NCBI RefSeq assembly: GCF_000143415.4
Contig: NW_003314290.1
Span: 1,222,932 to 1,286,931 of the forward strand
DNA from: Selaginella moellendorffii
Lineage: Eukaryota > Plantae > Lycopodiophyta
Length of the DNA stretch: 64,000 nt
Direction: 5' to 3'
The translations under genes and the position numbers were made by a program. Position 1 is the stretch's first letter; every line of letters starts with the position of its first letter. The notes under the pieces were generated by a model, which was given only the letters and a program-made list of their open reading frames with translations, ran no database searches and had not been told where the DNA came from. Positions 47,205 to 59,614 of the stretch are shown here, piece by piece.

Positions 47205-48948
47205 ATGGAGCTAGACATGGTTCTCGTGATCCAGCTTCTAGCGACTGGACTTGTGGGCGTGATTGTGTATGCTTTGCTGTGGAAGTTTTGGATCGCTCCA
47301 AGTAGAAAAGAGGCTGCTCTGAGGAAGCAGGGGATCAAGGGTCCTTCTCTAGGCCCTCTTCAGCTCTTCAAGGGCGGAAACAAGGACGAGGTGCTCAAGC
47401 AGAGGTTCTCCAAGCGGAAATTCACGCTCGAGTTTGATGGAACTCATGATATTCTTTCGCACGTTCTTCCAGACATTCATAGCTTCTCCAAGAAATATGG
47501 TACGGTACTATGAACATAGCTAAGTTAAATTCTTTCTTTTCTCTTTGGAAATCCAGGAATGCCGTACATGTACTGGTGGGGGAATGAGCTACGGATGACT
47601 GTCACTGATCCTGAGGTGGTAAGATGGGTTTTATCGAAGAATCCACAGTCATTTGGAAAGTCTGCCTCGATCCAAGCCACTCTTGTCAAATTGCTTGGTT
47701 ACGGTCTCGTTGCTTCAAATGGTGAGCGCTGGGCTCAGCACAGAAGAGTGGTCGGCCCAGCTTTTCAGCTGGAAAAGCTCAAGGTAAAACTTCAGGAAAA
47801 TAATTATATACTTTTTAACATATTAATTGCAGAATATCATGGCTGGAACCATGGTCGATTGCACCTCTAAAGTGCTGTCCAGATGGGATAACGATGGAGA
47901 ATTTGAGATTGATGTTGAAAAGGAGTTCTCCTTCCTGGCTGCGGATGTGATCTCCCACACTGCATTTGGAAGCAGCTTTGAGAAGGGCAGAAGGATTTTT
48001 CATCTTCTCAACTTGCAAGCTGAGCTTTTGACCAAGATTGCATTCTCACCAATGCAATGGATGCCCTTTGGAAGGTAATATATCACTAGTAATAATTAAA
48101 CTATGTGATCTTTCAGGTTGCATCCACTGAGGGAAAACCTCCAACTATGGGAAGTCCAAAAGGAGCTCGATGCAATATTGCTTGGTCTCGTCAAAGATCG
48201 GCGGAAATCAGCTTCGTATGGGAGAGACTTGCTGGGTCTGATGTTGGAGCAGAGCAAAGATAACCCGGCTTTCAAAGATGACAAACTCGTTGGAGAGTGC
48301 AAGACGTTCTACATTGCCGGGCAGGAAACCACGGCCACTCTCTTAACTTGGGCAATGTATTTGCTTTCACAACACCGTGAATGGCAAGACCGCGCCCGCA
48401 AAGAAGTTCTTGAGGTTTGTAAAGAGGATGAGATCAATGCCGAGGATCTAAACAAGCTAAAGCTGGTAAGCAAACAAAACTTATCGTAAATTCAATGATC
48501 TTGTGATTTTGTTTTCCAGGTTGGAATGATCTTAAACGAAACATTGCGACTCTATCCTCCTTTACCAATCATCCAGCGAGGGACCTTCAATGACACAACC
48601 ATGGGCGATAAGATCAGCATTCCCAAAGGTATTGTTCTCGTCATTCCAATCCTGGCCATGCACCACGACAAGGAGCAATGGGGTGGCGATGCCCACGAAT
48701 TCAACCCAGAGCGATTTGCGAGAGGAGCTTCCAAGGCGTGCAAGCATCCCAACGCTTTCATGCCCTTTTCTTTCGGGCCGCGGGTTTGTATCGGGCAGAC
48801 TTTTGCTCTCATCGAGGCCAAAATTGCACTCGCTATGATTCTTAGGAGGTTTTCTGCAAGCCTCTCACCAAATTATCAGCACTGCCCTGTGTCGGGCGTG
48901 ACTCTCAAACCACTTCATGGTATGCAACTTACATTCACAAGGCGATAA
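47205..48948 (+). CDS. Cytochrome P450, CYP72 clan, 5 exons (copy A)
   Basis: QGIKGP, WAQHRRVVGPAF, ADVISHTAFGSS, ECKTFYIAGQETT, ETLR (ExxR), FNPERF, FSFGPRVCIG heme motif. Confidence 0.95.
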
Positions 48949-49239
48949 AATATCAATAAAGGGATTAAAGGGTATTTTATAAATTCATATAAATACAAAT
49001 ATTATATAACTAATATGATTAACTGTTTTACAAATAAGAATAAAATAAAATAAATAAATTTTGCTCTGCTGTTTTGATTTTAATGGGAGCTTATAGTGCC
49101 TCACCAGGCAAGCTTGTACCCCAGGTTATAAGGTCATTACCAGCTTTTCGTGGTGGAGTTATCGTGGTGGAGACTTCCCCCAAACCGAGTTGGAGAGGAA
49201 CTGCCTAGACTAGTGGCAGTCACAAGTTTGCTTTGTTTT

Positions 49240-49372
49240 TCTTCCAGTTACTCGGTGCTGGGAAGTCTCCATCACTGGAACCTGGTAAAGCTGCTTGGGT
49301 TTTGCTCCGAGGGATCAAACAGGCTCCTCGTCTAAGCACATGACGAATGGATCGCTGGACAAGTGGATTTAC
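49240..49372 (+). pseudogene. Receptor-like kinase fragment (subdomains III-V)
   Basis: SVLGSLHHWNLVKLLGFCSEGSNRLLV*..MTNGSLDKWI; a more deleted copy lies at about 58930-59045. Confidence 0.7.
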
Positions 49373-50139
49373 CAGTCACCTGTAGTCGTCCTTTTCTATC
49401 CAGCATAAATGGGATAAGAATATGGGACACGTGCTTGTGCTAGGTGTACTTTTGGACCAAAGCTGGGAAGACCGGCTGTTGAAAACCTTGGATTTTCGCT
49501 CTTCAGACAAATTGGAAAAGTCAATTTTCTTTACATGTTAGGGCATCGCAGTACGTTCCAAGAGGTCTTTGCCCCAAACCGTTCGTGGGCTTTGAATCCT
49601 TGCCTACGAAAGAAGCCAGCCATGGGCATTGCTATTTGAGTACTCACTTTAACTCTCGTTTCATGTAGGATTGAGCTTGGAAGCATCATTGGAGGAGGTA
49701 TCTGGTACAATAGAGCTTGTTCTGGAGTATGAAACGATTCGCTTGGTTCTCGAGTTTGATTACAAATTTTGCAAACCAAAAGCCTTCAGTTGCAGCTGGT
49801 TTAAAAGAGCCGAGCTGTTTCTCTACTCGAAAATGCACAGCACCTGACTGAAATCTCCTCCTCCACAGGTGTGACAGGTCTGGAAATCGTGTCGAAGCTC
49901 TCTTTGGTTCTGCTGGCTCGACCACCAAACGCGTTTTCCTTTATAAAAATATAGCAGCAAACGCTTTATGATTTTAGGATTTTACCTCCGGGAGTCACTG
50001 TGGAGTCACTCTCATTTCCCGCCCATTTTTTCAAATCGCTAAATTGAGAGAGAGAGAGAGAGAGAGATACTCAAAGATAAACGTTTTTACCCAGATTTAA
50101 ACGGCAAGTAGATTCAAACAGGAATATCCGTTAGGGTTT

Positions 50140-52302
50140 ATGCCACTGATCCACGCCTACGCCCGCACGATTCGGCAGTGCGCCGCCAATCTCCCCGACG
50201 CGATCTCTCTCCACTCTTGCATTGCGGCGGCCGGATTCGGCACGGATCCAGATCTCGGAGCGCTGCTCATCCAGCTCTACGGCAAGTGCGGCAGCGTCGA
50301 TCGAGCTCGATCCCTGTTTGAATCGCTGCCCCGGAAGAGCTCTCTGTGCTGGAATTTCGTCATCGGCGCGTACGCGGGCAATGGACGAGGGGAAGAATCG
50401 CTGTATCTCTTTCGGCGAATGGCACTCGAGGGAGAGAGGCCCGACCGGCACACGTTTGTTCGAGTTCTTGGAGCTTGCACGAACACGGCTCAAGGTACCG
50501 CAATCCATCGCCATATCTCTTCCTCGGGGCTGGAATTTGATCTCATGCTCCAAAATTCTCTCGTGGCGTTGTATGGTAGATACGGGAGGGTCGATCTCGC
50601 GAGATCCGTGTTCCAATCCATTCCGGAGAAGAGCCTGGTATCCTGGAACGCGATGCTCACCGCATATGCCCGGAACGGGCATTCGAGAGAAGCCGCTCAT
50701 GCTTACAACGAGATGATCTTTACCGGCATTGAGCCGAATGAGATCTCGTTTTCCAGCGGTCTCGGGTCCTGCGACGATCTGGAGCTGGGGCGATCAATCC
50801 ACACGAGAACTCTAGCGGAGTTTCCTGCGATTTTCTTCGAGGCAATGGCGCAAACCTCGATCGTAAGCTTCTACTCGAGGCTTGGTCGTGTGGAGATCGC
50901 CAGAGCTTTCTTGGAGGAGACAAAGGTGGCGAGTGTGGCTCCGTGGAACGCTATGATCGCTGGGTATGCCCAGCACGGGCTTGTCAGGGAAGCTCTCGGG
51001 GCATACCATTCCATTGACTTGGAGGGGCTAGAGCCGAATCACAGGACTCTCACCACGGTTCTTGGTGCCTGCTCGAGCTCCAGGGACTTGAAAATCGGAA
51101 AGATGATCCATTCGCGAGCTGTTTGCTGTGGATTCGACAAGGAAGATCAAGTTCTCCAAGTCGCTGTTGTGAACTTCTATGGGAAATGCGGGGCAGTGGC
51201 CGATGCTCGACGAGTTTTTGATGGCATCGCGCAGAAGAGCGTCGTGGTGCATACTGCCATGATTGGTGGATATGCACAACACGGGCATAGCCTCGAGGCA
51301 CTGGAGATCTACCATGCGATGAACGTTCCGCCCAACAGAGTGACATACTCCACTGTTCTAGCTGCGTGCTCGACTTTGGAGCAAGGAAAGGCGATCCACC
51401 AGCGAATTCTTGCAAGTAAGCTCGAGAACACTGGCCTTGTTTTGGAGACTGCTTTGGTGAAGATGTATGCTAGCTTTGACGACTGTGCTTCTGCCAGGGG
51501 CGTTTTTGATCGAATGGAGCGGCGAGACTTGGTGGCATGGAACACGATGCTCGGGGGATATGTCCAGAGCGGTCGAGGGAAAGAAGCGCTGGAGCTGTAT
51601 GAAGATATGAAGATGGATCCCGACTCCACAACTCTGTCGACGCTTCTCGGTGCGTGTTCTTTGCTGGGAGATTTGTCATCCGGTAAGATCTTTCATGAGC
51701 TCCTGATCGAGAGAAAGATGATGCAAGCTGACGCGTTCCTCTGCAGCTCGCTGGTGAACATGTACGCCAAGTGTGGGAGCGTCGGGACCGCGAGAGAAGT
51801 TTTTCACGCATTCCGAGCTGGTTTTGGCGCATCGTCCGTGCTCTGGAACACAATCCTCGCGGCGCTGGCTCACACCGGAGACTCAAGCCAGAGCCTGGAG
51901 TTGCTGCTGGAAATGGAGCTGGAGGGTGTGACCCCGGACTCGACCACTTTCGTGTGTGCTCTCGTGGCCTGCAACCATGCCGGGCTTCTCCAGCGGGGTA
52001 AGCTCTTGTTCCAGATCTTGGTGTTGGATCACTCCTCGCGGCCGAGCTTGGAGCACTTCCTGTGCATGGCTGATCTTCTGGGACGAGCAGGGCGCGTGGA
52101 TTTTGCTCGGGAAGTGGTGGAGGGAATGCCGTTTGAGGCGGATGCTGTGGCTTGGAAGGCGCTGCTGGGATCATCCAGAGGTAGCATCGATCTGGAAAAA
52201 GCGGCTTTTGCCGCACAGAGGCTTGTGGAAATGGACGAGGAGCTTGGACAGGCTTTTGTGCTGCTCTCCAATGCTTTCTCCTCGGACTCTCACGTTTTGT
52301 AG
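50140..52302 (+). CDS. PLS-class pentatricopeptide repeat protein with E-type C-terminus, no DYW domain
   Basis: Intronless; repeated LYGKCGS..AR..F / VSWNAM..YA..GH..EA motifs; EHFLCMADLLGRAG..MPFEADAVAWKALL. Confidence 0.93.
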   Translation: MPLIHAYARTIRQCAANLPDAISLHSCIAAAGFGTDPDLGALLIQLYGKCGSVDRARSLFESLPRKSSLCWNFVIGAYAGNGRGEESLYLFRRMALEGERPDRHTFVRVLGACTNTAQGTAIHRHISSSGLEFDLMLQNSLVALYGRYGRVDLARSVFQSIPEKSLVSWNAMLTAYARNGHSREAAHAYNEMIFTGIEPNEISFSSGLGSCDDLELGRSIHTRTLAEFPAIFFEAMAQTSIVSFYSRLGRVEIARAFLEETKVASVAPWNAMIAGYAQHGLVREALGAYHSIDLEGLEPNHRTLTTVLGACSSSRDLKIGKMIHSRAVCCGFDKEDQVLQVAVVNFYGKCGAVADARRVFDGIAQKSVVVHTAMIGGYAQHGHSLEALEIYHAMNVPPNRVTYSTVLAACSTLEQGKAIHQRILASKLENTGLVLETALVKMYASFDDCASARGVFDRMERRDLVAWNTMLGGYVQSGRGKEALELYEDMKMDPDSTTLSTLLGACSLLGDLSSGKIFHELLIERKMMQADAFLCSSLVNMYAKCGSVGTAREVFHAFRAGFGASSVLWNTILAALAHTGDSSQSLELLLEMELEGVTPDSTTFVCALVACNHAGLLQRGKLLFQILVLDHSSRPSLEHFLCMADLLGRAGRVDFAREVVEGMPFEADAVAWKALLGSSRGSIDLEKAAFAAQRLVEMDEELGQAFVLLSNAFSSDSHVL

Positions 52303-52549
52303 TTTAAAAGTGAGCGCCATGGACGAGTGGGACAAATAGGATGTTGCATTGCGAGGAGTTGACGAGGAAAATGAGCAAGAGAAACCAAAGCCAGTGGCAT
52401 CAAAGTCTAAAGAAAATGACTTTGTGGCCAAAGGTGTTCCACAGAGGCGTTCTTCAATCTAAGCTTCCATCATCAATAACTAATCCAAAACCTTGGCGAG
52501 CCTTTGAGAAAAGGTAAGTTAAAAAAGCAGTATATAAAGTATATTCTCA

Positions 52550-53415
52550 ACCTTCAAGAGCGCGAACTCTACCTCCGGCTAGTTCCCACAAACGGTGTCA
52601 CCGACGAGGACCTTCCCTACATCTCGTCGCTTTCTCTTCGGGTTTTACAATCCTCCCAGCTGGAGGAACTCGAAGCATCCCCAGCCATGATGCAGCGCCC
52701 CGTCTGGCTGCATCGGGAGGGCTGCTCGTAGTGGAAGTAGGCCGAGCCCATGATCCGGTCTAGGATTGGAACGCGGTTCTACAGGAAGACGAAGGACCGA
52801 GTTCTCCTGCGACTGCTGCGAGATGTGCTCCACGAGTACAAGGTAAGTGGCTACGTCTTCCGGTGGAAGGGGTGCGTACCCGGCGCCAACCGGTACGTGC
52901 ATCGACGACGTGCATGCCCTCTCCCAGTTGATCCACGCGATCAACACTAGCCCTTTTACCAGCTTGCTCTTGACTGCAAGGCCACCAGAGTCCATCAGTC
53001 CCCACGACCATGCTTTGATAGTAAGCAGTTTCTCGTTCCAGTGATATGTAGTTAACGCCTTGTGCAGACATGCATGTACCACGGCTACTGCTGGATGATC
53101 AACACCCGGCTGCCGGTGTACAAGGCCCTCCCTGACTTGTCATACTCGGCCCTACGTTCTGGGCCGGAAGACCAGATTCTTGTTGCAGCAGCGGAAAACA
53201 TGTAAGGAAACACCATCGAATTACCCTCTCTAACTCATTCCTTTCTCTGTTGGTCCAGGTATATGATGGAACGAATACCCAATTATGTTGAGGTCTGTAA
53301 GCGAATGGAGCTCCTGCAGGCGAAGCTGGTTAGTCTTCCTTACTTTTTCTCCAGTCTGGAGGATGCTATCCTTGAAGCCTATGCACTTCCGAAACGTTAT
53401 AGGTGCTATTTATAA
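52550..53415 (+). pseudogene. Inverted, frameshifted copy of the unknown gene at 45543-46688
   Basis: LQERELYLRLVPTNGVTDEDL..., local order shuffled relative to the parent, frameshifts. Confidence 0.8.
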
Positions 53416-53664
53416 CTTATAGCAGTCTAGAGGTCACACAATACATAGAGGATGTTCCTTATGAGCTTTGTTATCAAATTGGATCAAAGCTATATATATG
53501 GTACTAAATTCTAGAAAAAAATTAATGATGTTTTATTGAGATAGATCCTCCTATACCAAATTATCTGCCAGCCATCGATCCTCTCCATGGCCGAAATTGA
53601 TCTCTTTGTGAATACGAAGTGAAGATTGATCAAAGCCACGATATGTTATCATCTCAGAAGTTTT

Positions 53665-54308
53665 GCTACTGAACCATGGTTCTTCACAAGCGGCATTTGC
53701 AAGCACCGGAAGATCTCGTCGATGGCAGTCGGAAATTTAGTAGGCGACTTGCGCGGTTTCTCCACATCAAGGTTATTTTCAAAACCCCAAAAGTCAGCAA
53801 TGAACTCTTAGATGCCATCGTTCTATCCATTACCTGGCTTGCTGGACTCCATCTTGTGGCAAAATAATATTTTCCTTGTATAGACATAAACTTCGCATGA
53901 GAAAGGTTCTGTTGTGTAGCTTATTGTGTAGCTTATTGTGTAGCTTTCCAGATGAAGTGGAAACACACTTATTACTAGCTGTCTAAGTTTCCTCAACCGG
54001 CCTTTCCAGTCTGGGTGTCGGTGTTGGATTCGAAGTGGAAGTCTGTAGCATTTAGTGCCTTGCTGAAAGTTTCGCGAAGTATATCTGGAGAGAAAAACTC
54101 GTCAAGATGGCACATACCATCAGTGTTTTGTGCGGCAACGTTGGAAGTAGAGCTTAATGGTCGAAATCCAGCACAAAAGTTCAATAAATGACCTCTAGGG
54201 GATGGTGATTTTGTCATCAAAGGCAATGCCCCTTCTTCACCCTGCCAAAGGGGTCTAGCCGGGCTGAGCCACAATCAAGAAAACGTTTGCTTACTTTTAC
54301 TATAAGAG
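53665..54308 (-). pseudogene. Collapsed fragments of the macrodomain 5' end and the TrpD-like 3' end
   Basis: Matches about 38630-39005, 39138-39165 and 39415-39750 with internal deletions. Confidence 0.75.
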
Positions 54309-55000
54309 CCATTGCCGCTATTACGGTCCAAATGGTTCGTGAATGTTTTGGTAGTCCCACGCTCTTGTAATTCTCTATAGTTTTCTTGTATCTTTGTTTG
54401 CAGGACCGAAAGCGAACGGTGGTGCACAAAACGATTGGAAGGGAGTTTGGAGCCATACCAGCATCAAAAACCAATATGGTAATAGCGAAAACCGCATAGG
54501 AAAAAATCATTTTTTTGGACTGTGGCATTAGGATTGACAACTGCGGATAGTCCATACGGAGCAACAGCTAGTGCTGGAAGTTACATTTTTGAGTTCTCGA
54601 GACCATTACAAACGTCAGATCGCCTCCAACAGGTTCTTACTCGATTATCAGTCACTCTTTTCCTCACAGCTTCTCGTTTTCTCTCTCTTTCTTTTACTGT
54701 TTCAAACAGGATGCTCAGTTTAGCATTGGAAAGAGCCACAGATTCGCTTCAGCGTTCTGGTTCCCGGTGAACAACGTGGAATGGAGTCCAATGCAGCACT
54801 CCTCGATGAACTGCGAGTGGACTCCTCTGAGAATCGTGGCTGCCGAGAACGAGAGAGCCGAATCGGCCATCCTTGCCACATCCATCAGCACCTTTTCGCT
54901 CGTCTTCGCGGTGGGATTGATGCTCGTCTCCGCCGCGATTGCCTGGTGGGTGAAAACTAACAAGCAGGGCCGATTTACACCCATTAGCGACACCTTGTGA
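54309..55000 (+). pseudogene. 5'-truncated copy of the heme-binding gene
   Basis: Starts mid-gene (cattgccgctattacg), fused to TrpD fragments; lacks the promoter and N-terminal exons. Confidence 0.85.
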
Positions 55001-55291
55001 CAATGATTACGATTTAATATCTTTAAAAATATTCTATATGTATATAAAAAATCGCAAGATAAAAACGAAAAAGAAGCTCCTGCTAGCTTCCTGAGATTGC
55101 ACCGGTGCCGAGAACGTAGTCCAAGAAACTCATAAACAAAAATTGCCCTATATAACACTTGAAGTTTAAACTCGAGATCATCCAGGAACACTTCATTTTG
55201 GGTGCAACTCTTAAATCATTTTATTACTCCAAGCTCAAGCAATTTTCGGGCTCAAACATACCCAATTTCTTTCCTCTTAGGGAGTTTCTAG

Positions 55292-56386
55292 TTATAAAAA
55301 GCACTTAAAACGTTTCCGAACTGCATAGGCCTCAAGGATAGCACCATCCATCCTCATACAATACTGCAGAAGAGCAAGATCATGAGACTGTAGAAAAAAG
55401 CAAGGAAGACTGACCAGCTTCGCCCGCAGGAGGTCCCTTCGTTTACAGACCTCGACATAATTGGGTATTCGCTCCATCATATACCTGGACCGACACAGAG
55501 AAAGGAAAGAATTAGAGAGGGTAATTCGATGGTGTTTTCCCTACATGTTTTCCGCTGCTGCAACAAGATCGTCTCTCGGCCCAGAACGTAGGGCCGAGTA
55601 GGACAAGTCAGGGAGGGCCTTGTATACTGGCAGCCGGGTGTTGATCATCCAGCAGTAAGCGTGGTACATGCATGTCTGCACAGGGAAATATATGTGTTAC
55701 ATGTCATTCCAGAACGAGAAACTACTTACTATCAAAGCATGGTCGTGGGGGCTGATGGACTCTGGGGGCCTTGCAGTCAAGAGCAAGCTGGTGAAAGGGC
55801 TAGTGTTGATCGCCTGGATCAACTGGGAGAGGGCATGCACGTCGTCCATGCACGTACCGGTTGGCGGCGGGTACGAATGACAGAACTCGGGGACACGCCG
55901 TCACTGGAAGACGTAGCCGCCTGTCTTGTACTCGTGGAGCACATCTCGCAGCAGCCGCAGGAGAACTCGGTCCTTCCTCTTCCTGCCGCGTGATGCAGCG
56001 CACCATCTGGCTGCATTAGCGGAAGTAGCCCGAGTCCATGATCCGGTCTAGGATTGGAATGGCTGGGGATGCTTCGAGTTCCTCCAGCTGGGAGGATTGT
56101 AAAACCCGAAGAGAAAGCGACGAGATGTAGCGAAGATCCTCGTCGGTGACACCGTTTGTGGGATCGAGCCGGACGTAGAGTTCGCGCTCTTGAAGGCTGT
56201 CAAAGAGACGACCACAGTAGAGAAGCTGGATGAGACGGCCCAGCTTGCCCAGTCCGCCCCAATCGAAGAGCACCAGATAGGCTTCCACGACTCGACAAGA
56301 GCCCTAACCAGTTTTTTCTTTCTGGCCAGATCCCTCTGGTGCGCCATAGCCAAGTCCTTCTGCCACAGCCGCATCTTTCTCTCCAT
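55292..56386 (-). pseudogene. Frameshifted copy of the unknown gene (copy 3)
   Basis: Deletions relative to 45948-46688 split the first exon into several ORFs. Confidence 0.75.
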
Positions 56387-56864
56387 TTACCCTAGCACGA
56401 GACACCTATTTATTCTTGTTTCGGTTGAGAATATTGGCCCTTATTTTATCAAATCTCTTTTATAGCCTACCTTTTTACTCAGCTTGTGAGAAATTTTAAC
56501 TATACTTTTATTTTTAATTCACGTGAACATGACAAATGGGTATCTTTTGGAACATGTATAGACGCACGCAAATAGGAATGACACATAACCTCAAACACCT
56601 AGAGTAGAGAATTTCTAGAATTCTTTTGGTTCTCTAAGTTAGATATTTTCCAGTATTTGCAAGCCCCTTTAGCAAAAGAATTTCATGTGATTTCAAAGGA
56701 TGAGACATTTTAGCTTTTTGCAATACTTTTATTTTAATTCATATTTTATTACATGCTTTTAAAACAGTTGGTTTGAACTCTTGCAAAATGGTTGAACAAA
56801 ATGTCAGGAATAGCATGTTACCTTAACATTTAAGAGTAGAGAATTTCTAGAGTTGAATATTGCT

Positions 56865-58611
56865 ATGGAACTAGATATGGTTTTCGTGATCCCAGTTCTA
56901 GCAACTGGACTTGTGGGTGTGATTGTGTATGCTTTGCTTTGGAAGTTTTGGATCGCTCCAAGTAGAAAAGAGGCTGTTCTGAGGAAGCAGGGGATCAAGG
57001 GTCCTTCTCTAGGCCCGCCTCAGCTCTTCAAGGGCGGAAACAAGGACGAGGTGCTCAAGCGGAGGTTCTCCAAGCGGAAATTCACGCTCGAGTTTGATGG
57101 AGCTCATGATATTCTTTCGCACGTTCTTCCAGACATTCATAGCTTCTCCAAGAAATATGGTACGGTACTATGAACATAGCTAGGTTAAATTCTTTCTGTT
57201 CTCTTCGAAATTCCAGAAATGCCGTACATGTACTGGTGGGGGAATGAGCTACGGATGACTGTCACTGATCCTGAGGTGGTAAGATGGGTTTTATCGAAGA
57301 ATCCACAGTCATTTGGAAAGTCTGCTTCGATCCAAGCCACTCTTATCAAATTGCTTGGTTACGGTCTCGTTGCTTCAAATGGTGAGCACTGGGCTCAGCA
57401 CAGAAGAGTGGTCGGCCCAGCTTTTCATCTGGAAAAGCTCAAGGTAAAATTCAGGAAAATAATTGCTTTTCAACATACTTTAATTATTATTTGCAGAATA
57501 TCATGGCTGGAACCATGGTCGATTGCACCTCTAAAGTGCTGTCCAGATGGGATAACGATGGAGAATTTGAGATTGATGTTGAAAAGGAGTTCTCCTTCCT
57601 GGCTGCGGATGTGATCTCCCACACTGCATTTGGAAGCAGCTTTGAGAAGGGCAGAAGGATTTTTCATCTTCTCAACTTGCAAGCTGAGCTTTTGACCAAG
57701 ATTGCATTCTCACCAATGCAATGGATGCCCTTTGGAAGGTAATATATCACTGGTAATAATTAAACTATGGATCTTTCAGGTTGCATCCACTGAGGGAAAA
57801 CCTCCAACTATGGGAAGTCCAAAAGGAGCTCGATGCAATATTGCTTGGTCTCGTCAAAGATCGGCGGAAATCAGCTTCGTATGGGAGAGACTTGCTGGGT
57901 CTGATGTTGGAGCAGAGCCAAGATAACCCGGCTTTCAAAGATGACAAACTCGTTGGAGAGTGCAAGACGTTCTACATTGCTGGGCAGGAAACCACGGCCA
58001 CCCTCTTAACTTGGGCAATGTATTTGCTTTCACAACACCGTGAATGGCAAGACCGCGCCCGCAAAGAAGTTCTTGAGGTTTGTAAAGAAGATGAGATCAA
58101 TGCCGAGGCTCTAAACAAGCTAAAGCTGGTAAGCAAACAAAACTTATCGTAAATTCAATGATCTTGTGATTTTGTTTTCCAGGTTGGAATGATCTTAAAC
58201 GAAACATTGCGACTCTATCCTCCTATACCAATCATTCAACGAGGGACCTTCAATGACACAACCATGGGCGATAAGATCAGCATTCCCAAAGGTATTGTTC
58301 TCGTCATTCCAATCCTGGCCATGCACCACGACAAGGAGCAATGGGGTGGCGATGCCCACGAATTCAACCCAGAGCGATTTGCGAGAGGAGCTTCCAAGGC
58401 GTGCAAGCATCCCAATGCCTTCATGCCCTTTTCTTTCGGGCCGCGGGTTTGTATCGGGCAGACTTTTGCTCTCATCGAGGCCAAAATCGCACTCGCTATG
58501 ATTCTTAGGAGGTTTTCTGCAAGCCTCTCACCAAATTATCAGCACTGCCCTGTGTCGGGCGTGACTCTCAAACCACTTCATGGTATGCAACTTACATTCA
58601 TAAGGCGATAA
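56865..58611 (+). CDS. Cytochrome P450, CYP72 clan, 5 exons (copy B)
   Basis: Same motifs and exon structure as copy A with few substitutions; appears intact. Confidence 0.93.
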
Positions 58612-59614
58612 AATATCAAGAAAGGGATTAAAGGGTATTTTATAAATTTATATATTAAATCCAAATATTATATAATTAATATGATTAACTGTTTTACAAA
58701 TAAGAATAAAATAAATAAAATATTTTTTTCCTGCTGTTTTGATTTTAATGGAATAAAACGTATAAAAGCTGGTAATGACCTTATAACCTGGGGTACAAGC
58801 TTGTTTCTGCTTGCGGCGAGGCACTATAAGCTCCCCACAAAGAGTTATCATGGTGGAGACTTCCCCCAAACCGAGTTGGAGAGGAACTGCCTAGACTAGT
58901 GGCAGTCACAAGTTTGCTTTGTTTTTCTTCCAGTTACTCGGTGCTGGGAAGTCTCCATCACTGGAACCTGGTAAAGCTCCGAGGGATCAAACAGGCTCCT
59001 CGTCTAAGCACATGACGAATGGATCGCTGGACAAGTGGATTTACCAGTCACCTGTAGTCGTCCTTTTCTATCCAGCATAAGTGGGATAAGAATATGGGAC
59101 ACGTGCTTGTGCTAGGTGTACTTTTGGACCAAAGCTGAAAGACCCGGCTGTGATAACTGTTGAAAACCTTGGATTTTCGCTCTTCAGACAAATTGGAAAA
59201 GTCAATTTTCTTTACATGTTAGGGCACCGCAGTACGTTCCAAGAGGTCTGGCTGCTGGTGTCCCCATGACATTGCCCCAAACCGTTCATGGGCTTTGAAT
59301 CCTTGCCTAGTACAGAAGCCAGCCATAGGCCTGCTATTTGAGTACTATGTAGGATTGAGCTTGGAAGCATCATTGGAGGAGGTATCTGGTACAATAGAGC
59401 TTGTTCTGGAGTATGAAACGATAGTATCTTTCATACTAGCCTTCAAGATATTGAATTTGGGGATTTACAATTGGCTCCCAGAATAAGTATATTATAAATT
59501 TTTGTATTTTGTTAACATATATAAATTTACAAAGTTATAGAAAGATTGCTGTTTCAAATATGTTTATAATATAAATTTATATTTAACATATAAACACGAA
59601 GACTAAATATATTA

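Larger units (their letters stand above)
54309..59420. repeat. Segmental duplication of about 44555-49737 (3' heme-binding gene, unknown gene, CYP72, RLK fragment)
   Basis: Collinear near-identical sequence, offset about 9.7 kb. Confidence 0.95.

Noticed and set aside
43730-48948. Metabolic gene cluster (TrpD-like + heme protein + P450)
   Set aside because: Adjacency only; no scaffold-forming enzyme and no co-expression evidence is available.
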